NCBI GenBank assembly: GCA_021735045.1
Contig: JAIPHU010000001.1
Span: 60,001-92,000, forward strand
Reading direction: 5' to 3'
Origin: Candidatus Omnitrophota bacterium
GTDB taxonomy: Bacteria; Omnitrophota; Gorgyraeia; Duberdicusellales; 4484-171
DNA: 32,000 nucleotides
The notes beneath the pieces were generated by a model. The model searched no databases and was not told the origin of the DNA. It saw only the letters and a program-made list of their open reading frames with translations. A program made the position numbers and the translations under genes. Below, in pieces: positions 23,482 through 30,047 of the stretch (within the stretch, counting starts at the first letter, position 1; every line of letters starts with the position of its first letter).

Positions 23482-24663
23482 ATGACAAAAACGCGTAAAG
23501 GACCAATTATATTTAGTAAAAGCAAGCCTTTTTCTGGATTAAAGAATGCGATAGATATAGGCAGAAGTGAAGTTTTAGATTATGTACGTAAATCTAATAT
23601 TAAAGGTAGGGGCGGAGCAGGTTTTCCCACTGGTGTTAAATGGAATCTTACCGCTACTGCTTCTGATAAGAAAAAATATGTTATTTGTAATGCCGATGAG
23701 GGTGAACCAGGAACTTTTAAAGATAGAGTCCTTTTAGATGAATATGCAAAACTTGTTTTTGAGGGAATGGTTATTTGTGCGTTTGCTGTAGGTGCTGATG
23801 AAGGCATCTTGTATCTACGCGGTGAATATATATCATTTCTTCCTGAGCTGGAAAAAACCTTAAATCAGATGAGAAAGAATAATTTATTAGGTAAAAATAT
23901 TTTAGGCAAAAAAGGCTTTAATTTCGATATAAAGATAAGATTAGGTGTCGGGGCCTATGTTTGCGGTGAAGAAACTTCTCTTATTGAATCATTAGAAGGA
24001 TATAGAGGTGAACCCCGCAACAAACCTCCTTTCCCTACCAATACTGGATTTGCAGGTCATCCTACAGTTATAAATAATGTTGAAACTTTTGCAGCAATAG
24101 CTCATATAATTTTAAAAGGGCCAGATTGGTTTAGATCTATTGGAACTGAAAAATCTTCTGGGTCTAAACTAATAAGTGTATCTGGTGATTGTAAAAAACC
24201 AGGTGTTTATGAAATTCCTTTTGGAACCACTATTAAAAAAATTTTAAAACTAACAGAAGCTAAAGACACTAAAGCTGTTGAAGTAGGGGGTGCATCAGGA
24301 GTTTGTGTGGCTAAATCAGAATTTGGCAGAAAGATTGCTTACGAAGATTTATCTACTGGTGGTTCTATTATAATTTTTAGCAAAAAAAGGGATTTATTGG
24401 AGGTAGCTAAAAATTTTCTTGATTTTTTTGCTGAAGAATCTTGCGGCCAATGCACACCTTGCCGAGAAGGTATTCCGGTGTTACAAGAAAAATTAGATAA
24501 ATTACAACAAAAAAAAGCAACAAAGGGTGACCTTGAAGATATTTTTTCTTTAGCTGAGACTATGTACTTAGCTTCAAAGTGTGGCTTAGGCCAAACTGCT
24601 GCTTCAGCTTTTGTTTCGATATTAAGTAATTTTAAAAAAGATTATGTTTTGGTTAAATCATAA
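23482..24663 (+). CDS. NuoF-like NAD(P)H/FMN-binding subunit, minimal form (module 1)
   Basis: 393 aa. GRGGAGFPTGVKW, ICNADEGEPGTFKDR, GAYVCGEETSLIESLEG, ESCGQCTPCREG...KCGLGQTA. It lacks the N-terminal 2Fe-2S and C-terminal 2x[4Fe-4S] domains seen in the paralog at 28243. Confidence 0.85.
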   Translation: MTKTRKGPIIFSKSKPFSGLKNAIDIGRSEVLDYVRKSNIKGRGGAGFPTGVKWNLTATASDKKKYVICNADEGEPGTFKDRVLLDEYAKLVFEGMVICAFAVGADEGILYLRGEYISFLPELEKTLNQMRKNNLLGKNILGKKGFNFDIKIRLGVGAYVCGEETSLIESLEGYRGEPRNKPPFPTNTGFAGHPTVINNVETFAAIAHIILKGPDWFRSIGTEKSSGSKLISVSGDCKKPGVYEIPFGTTIKKILKLTEAKDTKAVEVGGASGVCVAKSEFGRKIAYEDLSTGGSIIIFSKKRDLLEVAKNFLDFFAEESCGQCTPCREGIPVLQEKLDKLQQKKATKGDLEDIFSLAETMYLASKCGLGQTAASAFVSILSNFKKDYVLVKS

Positions 24664-24678
24664 GGAGGAATCTTATTT

Positions 24679-26595
24679 ATGGCTAAAGAACCTTTTACAA
24701 AACCTACTTCGCGTGCTCCGGTAAGTCAAAGGTCGCAAACTGTAGGTAAAATTAACAAAAAAGCTTTAGGGGGAAAAGTAACTGCAGTAATTGATGGTAT
24801 TGAAATTAAAGTTCCTATGGGAACAACTATTTTAGAAGCAGCTAAAAAAATAGGTATAAAAATACCGACTCTTTGCCATCATGAGGATTTATGTTTAGCT
24901 GGGGTATGCCGTGTTTGCTTGGTTGAAGTGGAGGGGCAAAAAACCTTACAGGCATCTTGTTCTTATCCGATTATTCATAATGTAGTAGTTAAAACTTATT
25001 CATCACGGGTAAGGCGAGCTAGAAAAAATATTATTCATCTTCTTTTACGCAATCATTATGGTGAATGTTATTCTTGTGAAAAAAATAATAATTGTGAACT
25101 GCAAGATTTAGCAGAAGAATATGGTGTTACCGAATATAAGTTTGGCCATATTCAGGAGAGGCGTTTTCAGCCTGATCTTTCGAGTTCTGCTATAACTAAA
25201 GATAATGATAAATGTATAAATTGTAAAAGATGTATCAGGACTTGCATTGATTTGCAAGAAGTTGGAGTTTATGAATCAGTTAATCGCGGGCCAGAAACAA
25301 AAGTTTCGACTTATTTAAATAAGCCTTATTCAGATGTAATTTGTATAAATTGCGGACAATGCGTAAATAGATGCCCTACAGGAGCCCTAAAGGAGAAAAA
25401 TGATGTTGCAGGTGTATGGAAAGCTATAGATAATCCTAATAAGCATGTTGTGATTCAAACTGCACCAGCACCACGGGCAGCAATTGGAGAAGAGTTTGGT
25501 CTGGCTCCAGGCACCTCAGTTACCAAACAGTTAAATACAGCTATAAAAAGAGTTGGGTTCGATAAGGTTTTTGATACTAACTCGTCAGCAGATTTAACTA
25601 TTATGGAAGAAGGTACAGAACTATTGCTTAGGCTTAAGAAATATTTAAAAGAGCAGGATAAAAGCGTTAAATTACCTCAGTTTACTTCTTGTTCGCCGGG
25701 TTGGATCAAATATTTAGAAGATTTTTATCCGGATAAAGTAGATTATTTATCAACTTGTAAAAGCCCCCAACAGATGTTTGGGGCATTAATCAAGACATAT
25801 TATGCAAAAAAAGCAAAAATTGATCCTAAAAACATTGTTAGTGTATCATTGATGCCGTGTGTTGCTAAAAAATATGAAGCTAAAAGACCAGAGATGAATG
25901 ATTCAGGTTATCAGGATGTTGATTATGTTTTAACCACCAGAGAACTTGCGAGCATGGTCAAGGAATGCGGATTAGATTTACCTCGGTTACCGGAATCTGA
26001 CTTTGATAAGCCTCTAGCTATAGGAAGCGGTGCAGGATTAATTTTTGGTGCAACCGGTGGTGTTATGGAAGCAGCTTTACGAACTGCTTATGAATTAGTT
26101 ACCGGTGATGAAGCTCCTTTTAAAAAATTAAGAGTTACTCCAGTAAGAGGTATGGAAGGTATCCGTGATGCTCAAATTCCGATAAAAAAAGCTAAAAAAG
26201 AGTGGAAATTTCTTGAGGGTGCCAGCTTAAAGGTTATGGTTGCTCATGGTACAGCTAATGCTAAAAAAGTAATGGAGATGCTTGAGTTGGGTAAGTTAGA
26301 TGATTATCATTTTGTTGAAATTATGGCTTGCCCGGGTGGCTGTTTAGGTGGAGGGGGTCAACCTATCCCTACTACCGACGCAATAAGGAAACAACGGGCA
26401 AAAGCAATATATGCTGAGGACGAACAACTCACTATTAGAAAATCTCATCAGAATCCTGTAGTGGAGACTCTTTATAAAGAGTTTTTAACTGATGGGCCAT
26501 GTGGGCACAAGAGCCACAAATTTTTACATACTCATTATTCTCCGGGTAGTAGTTGGATAGGTAAAAAACCGAGAGTAAAAGTTAGGAAAAAATAA
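24679..26595 (+). CDS. [FeFe]-hydrogenase catalytic-subunit paralog (M3-type domain order) with TSCSP variant of H-cluster motif L1 (module 1)
   Basis: 638 aa. N-terminal 2Fe-2S domain, H-x3-C-x2-C-x5-C cluster, and 2x C-x2-C-x2-C-x3-CP. H-domain motifs are FTSCSPGW, MPCVAKKYE and EIMACPGGCLGGGGQP. Confidence 0.9.
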   Translation: MAKEPFTKPTSRAPVSQRSQTVGKINKKALGGKVTAVIDGIEIKVPMGTTILEAAKKIGIKIPTLCHHEDLCLAGVCRVCLVEVEGQKTLQASCSYPIIHNVVVKTYSSRVRRARKNIIHLLLRNHYGECYSCEKNNNCELQDLAEEYGVTEYKFGHIQERRFQPDLSSSAITKDNDKCINCKRCIRTCIDLQEVGVYESVNRGPETKVSTYLNKPYSDVICINCGQCVNRCPTGALKEKNDVAGVWKAIDNPNKHVVIQTAPAPRAAIGEEFGLAPGTSVTKQLNTAIKRVGFDKVFDTNSSADLTIMEEGTELLLRLKKYLKEQDKSVKLPQFTSCSPGWIKYLEDFYPDKVDYLSTCKSPQQMFGALIKTYYAKKAKIDPKNIVSVSLMPCVAKKYEAKRPEMNDSGYQDVDYVLTTRELASMVKECGLDLPRLPESDFDKPLAIGSGAGLIFGATGGVMEAALRTAYELVTGDEAPFKKLRVTPVRGMEGIRDAQIPIKKAKKEWKFLEGASLKVMVAHGTANAKKVMEMLELGKLDDYHFVEIMACPGGCLGGGGQPIPTTDAIRKQRAKAIYAEDEQLTIRKSHQNPVVETLYKEFLTDGPCGHKSHKFLHTHYSPGSSWIGKKPRVKVRKK

Positions 26596-26596
26596 C

Positions 26597-27346
26597 GTGA
26601 ATAGTAAAAAATATAAGAAAAAAGATAAGTTAGATATTTCTAATCAAGAACTTGAGTCTTCTGATAAACAGTATCTTGATTTAGTTGGTTTTGTCTCGCA
26701 TGAGCTAAAAGGAATTCTTTCTTCGGTTGTTTTAAATACCTATAATTTGCAAAATGGCCTATTGGGAGATCTAAATCCAGCTCAGAAAAAAACATTAAAA
26801 TCTATAAGTAGAAATTTAGATTATTTAACTACAACTGTTCGTAATTTTTTGAATTTTAGCCGGATTGAAAAACAAGAGTTATCTTTGAATAAATTTCGTT
26901 GTCTATTCAAAGAAGATATAGTTGATGTTTCCATTGATTCATATTCACAAGCAGCTGCAGATAAAGATATAAAAATTATAAATAAAGCAATCTCTTCGCT
27001 AGAGGTAGAAGTAGATTCAGGATTGTTACAGATAGCATTAAATAATCTTTTATCTAATGCGATAAAATATGGCAAAGAAGGCCGGGAGGTTGTAATTTCA
27101 ACTGAATTAGATAACAATAAAGTTATAGTTGAAATATATAATCAGGGTGAATCTATAGATAAGACTGATATTGATAAGTTATTTAAAAAGTTTAGCCGTC
27201 TGCATTATCGCGGTACCGAAAAGATAAAAGGAACCGGAATTGGCCTTTATATTACCAAAGAGATTATCAACCAGCATCATGGAAATATCTGGGTTGAACC
27301 AAAGCCAGAAGGAAATAGTTTTAAGTTCAGTTTAGAGGTGGTATAA
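26597..27346 (+). CDS. Histidine kinase consisting only of DHp + HATPase domains (no sensor or TM domain)
   Basis: 249 aa. H-box FVSHELKG at about residue 36, N-box LLSNAIKYG, G2 GTGIGLYITKEI. GTG start lies 1 nt after the upstream stop codon. Confidence 0.85.
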   Translation: MNSKKYKKKDKLDISNQELESSDKQYLDLVGFVSHELKGILSSVVLNTYNLQNGLLGDLNPAQKKTLKSISRNLDYLTTTVRNFLNFSRIEKQELSLNKFRCLFKEDIVDVSIDSYSQAAADKDIKIINKAISSLEVEVDSGLLQIALNNLLSNAIKYGKEGREVVISTELDNNKVIVEIYNQGESIDKTDIDKLFKKFSRLHYRGTEKIKGTGIGLYITKEIINQHHGNIWVEPKPEGNSFKFSLEVV

Positions 27347-27371
27347 TAACGGCTCGAAAATTTTAAAAAAA

Positions 27372-28241
27372 ATGAAAAATAAAATCTTAATTATTGATGA
27401 TGATGCTGATTTTGTAGAAGCAATCTCTTTACTATTGGAAGCAAACGGTTATAAAACATTGCAAGCTTATAATGGTAAAGAAGGTTTTGCTCAAGCAAAA
27501 GAGCAGGTGCCTGATTTGATAATGTTGGATATGAAGATGGCATATCAAACTGAAGGTGCTGAAACTGCTAAAGCAATGTCAAAAGATGCAGAAATAAAGG
27601 ATATCCCAGTCATTTTAGCAACTGGAATCGGTAAAGAGTTGACTAAAAAGTTAAAAGAGATCCTTAGGAATGAAGCAATGTCAGTTAAAACTGTTATTGA
27701 AAAGCCAATAGAAGCAAAAGAGCTTCTTAAAATAATAAAGAATTATATAGGTGAAAGTGGCGGCAAAGAACATAGAGAATTAATCAAACAAATTACCAGT
27801 TTTGCTAATAAATGGAAAGGCAAGAAAGGTAATTTAGTTATGATTCTTCATGAAATACAAAATTATTATGGTTATGTACCCAGGGGTATTTCGTTTCAAT
27901 TATCTCGGTTATTAGGTATTCCTTTAGCAAGAATTTATGAAGTTATAACCTTTTATAATTTTTTCAAGCTTTCGCCTCCTGGCAAACATGTGATTTCGGT
28001 TTGTATGGGGACAGCTTGTTATCTAAAGGGTGCTGCGGAGTTAGTTGATAAGATTAAAAGTCTTCTTAAAATAGAAGAAGGCCAAACTACAGAAGACGGT
28101 TTGTTTCATCTTCAAGTTGTTAGATGCCTAGGTTGTTGTGGTCTTGCTCCTGTAGTTATGGTTGATCAAAAAATATATTCAAAAGTTGTGCCAGATAGCA
28201 TCGAAGGTATTGTTTCTAGATACAGGCAGGATAAAAGTTAA
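27372..28241 (+). CDS. hydC: Fusion: response-regulator receiver domain + NuoE/HydC-like [2Fe-2S] subunit (module 2)
   Basis: 289 aa. Residues 1-~120 form a REC domain (DDD 9-11, D53 in IMLDMKM, T84, K111). Residues ~130-289 are NuoE-like with an intact C-x4-C (VCMGTAC) and CLGCCGLAP. Confidence 0.85.
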   Translation: MKNKILIIDDDADFVEAISLLLEANGYKTLQAYNGKEGFAQAKEQVPDLIMLDMKMAYQTEGAETAKAMSKDAEIKDIPVILATGIGKELTKKLKEILRNEAMSVKTVIEKPIEAKELLKIIKNYIGESGGKEHRELIKQITSFANKWKGKKGNLVMILHEIQNYYGYVPRGISFQLSRLLGIPLARIYEVITFYNFFKLSPPGKHVISVCMGTACYLKGAAELVDKIKSLLKIEEGQTTEDGLFHLQVVRCLGCCGLAPVVMVDQKIYSKVVPDSIEGIVSRYRQDKS

Positions 28242-28242
28242 T

Positions 28243-30045
28243 ATGGATAAATTAAATCAAAAAAAAATAGAAGAACTTAGAGAAAAACTTCAAAAGCAAA
28301 GACCGGGTTTTGTTAAGGTTGGAGTAAGTTCTTGTGGAATAGCAGCTGGAGCAAATGATGTATTAGATCGTTTTATAGCTTTAAAAAAGAAAAATAATTT
28401 AGATATTGAAATTAGAAAGTGTGGTTGTGCTGGTATGTGTTATGCAGAGCCATTGGTGGAAGTTTCTTTAGACGGTAGAGATTCTGTAACTTATAAAGAA
28501 GTTACACCTGAACTAGTAGAAAAAATAGTAAAAAATCATATTATCTCCGGAAAAATCCAAGAGGATTATGTTTATAAAACCGATACTGAAAAAAAACAGT
28601 TTAAGTTAATTCTTTCCAATTGTGGAAAAGTTAACCCAGAAAGTATCAATGATTATATTTCTTTGGGTGGTTACCGAGCTGTAGAAAAAGTTCTTATTAA
28701 AGAAAATAGGCAAGAGGTAATTGATCAGTTGAAAATAAGTGGTTTGAGAGGAAGAGGCGGGGGAGGTTTTCCCACCTGGTTAAAATGGAATTTTGCTAAA
28801 GGAGTTAACGCAGATAAAAAGTATATAATCTGTAATGGCGACGAGGGTGATCCCGGGGCTTATATGGATAGGAGCCTTCTAGAGGGTAATCCTCATGCAA
28901 TTATTGAGGGGATGATTATTGCTGGTTTTGCTGTAGGGGCAGATGAAGGGTTTTTTTATATTCGAGCCGAATATCCTCTTGCAATTTCTCGAGTTCAAAA
29001 AGCAATTGATGCTGCTATTGATTATGGATTATTGGGAGAAAATATTTTAGATACTGGGTTTAACTTTAATTTACAAATTCGTCTTGGTGCCGGTGCGTTT
29101 GTTTGTGGAGAAGAAACTGCTTTAATTGCATCTATTGAAGGTAAGCGTGGCTATCCTTCTCCGCGTCCTCCCTATCCTTCTGTAAAAGGCCTTTGGTCGA
29201 AACCAACGGTGATCAACAACGTTGAAACTTTAGCTAATATTCCAATTATATTTGATAAAGGAGGAGATTGGTTTTCAAAAATTGGAAGTCAAAACTCTAA
29301 AGGTACCAAGGTATTTGCTCTCACCGGGAAAGTTAAAAATTCTGGTTTAGTTGAAGTTCCGATGGGCACGACTTTAGGTGAAATTGTTTATGGTATTGGT
29401 GGCGGTGTATCTGGCGGCAAAGTGAAGGCGATTCAGACTGGTGGGCCTTCCGGAGGAGTTATTCCTAAAGAATACTTTGATACTCCTGTAAATTATGAAA
29501 GTTTGCAAAAATTAGGTTCCATAATGGGTTCCGGCGGAATGATTGTTATGGATGAAAAGGATTGTATGGTTGATATCGCTAAATTTTATATGAAATTTTG
29601 TGTAGAAGAGGCTTGTGGTAAATGTTCTCCTGGCCGCATTGGAACTTATCAGATGTTACAATATCTTAAAAAGATATCCAAGGGTAAAGCAAACATGAAT
29701 GATTTACAGTTATTAGAGGATATTGCTTATGCGGTTCAAAGGACCGCTTTGTGTGGGTTAGGCCAAACTGCACCTAATCCCGTAGTATCAACTTTAAAGT
29801 ATTTTCGCGATGAATATATTGCGCATATTAAAGAACAAAGATGTCCAGCGGGAAAATGTAAAGATTTAGCAAAATATAAGATAGTTGAAGACAAGTGTAA
29901 AAAATGTGGTGCTTGTATTAAAGTTTGTCCAGTAGAGGCGATTTCAGGAGATAAAGATAAGGGCTACAAGATAGATCAAAAAAAGTGTATCCAGTGTGGT
30001 AAATGTTTCCAAGTTTGTAGTTTTGATGCAATAAAAAAAGGTTAA
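28243..30045 (+). CDS. hydB: HydB/NuoF-like subunit, full-length bifurcating-type architecture (module 2)
   Basis: 600 aa from ATG 28243. N-terminal thioredoxin-like 2Fe-2S (SSCGIAAG...CGCAGMC), GRGGGGFPTWLKW, ICNGDEGDPGAYMDR, GAFVCGEETALIASIEG, and C-terminal 2x[4Fe-4S] (CKKCGACIKVCP, CIQCGKCFQVC). Confidence 0.9.
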   Translation: MDKLNQKKIEELREKLQKQRPGFVKVGVSSCGIAAGANDVLDRFIALKKKNNLDIEIRKCGCAGMCYAEPLVEVSLDGRDSVTYKEVTPELVEKIVKNHIISGKIQEDYVYKTDTEKKQFKLILSNCGKVNPESINDYISLGGYRAVEKVLIKENRQEVIDQLKISGLRGRGGGGFPTWLKWNFAKGVNADKKYIICNGDEGDPGAYMDRSLLEGNPHAIIEGMIIAGFAVGADEGFFYIRAEYPLAISRVQKAIDAAIDYGLLGENILDTGFNFNLQIRLGAGAFVCGEETALIASIEGKRGYPSPRPPYPSVKGLWSKPTVINNVETLANIPIIFDKGGDWFSKIGSQNSKGTKVFALTGKVKNSGLVEVPMGTTLGEIVYGIGGGVSGGKVKAIQTGGPSGGVIPKEYFDTPVNYESLQKLGSIMGSGGMIVMDEKDCMVDIAKFYMKFCVEEACGKCSPGRIGTYQMLQYLKKISKGKANMNDLQLLEDIAYAVQRTALCGLGQTAPNPVVSTLKYFRDEYIAHIKEQRCPAGKCKDLAKYKIVEDKCKKCGACIKVCPVEAISGDKDKGYKIDQKKCIQCGKCFQVCSFDAIKKG

Positions 30046-30047
30046 TT

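Noticed and set aside
24679-26595. Calling the variant HydA a HydS-type (PAS-containing) sensory hydrogenase
   Set aside because: No PAS or other C-terminal sensory domain is present; the protein ends about 60 residues after the L3 motif. Any sensory role would have to work through partner proteins, so it is reported as a hypothesis rather than as a HydS ortholog.
7942-28242. Upstream-extended start codons given by the ORF track (7942 topA, 10002 xerC, 18523 GT9, 19561 GT9, 28162 hydB)
   Set aside because: The extensions add non-conserved residues. They overlap the preceding gene or a terminator hairpin by 30-80 nt, or run through a likely promoter. Internal ATGs at 7951, 10032, 18475, 19630 and 28243 give the N-termini typical of each family. 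The choice remains unverified without experimental data.
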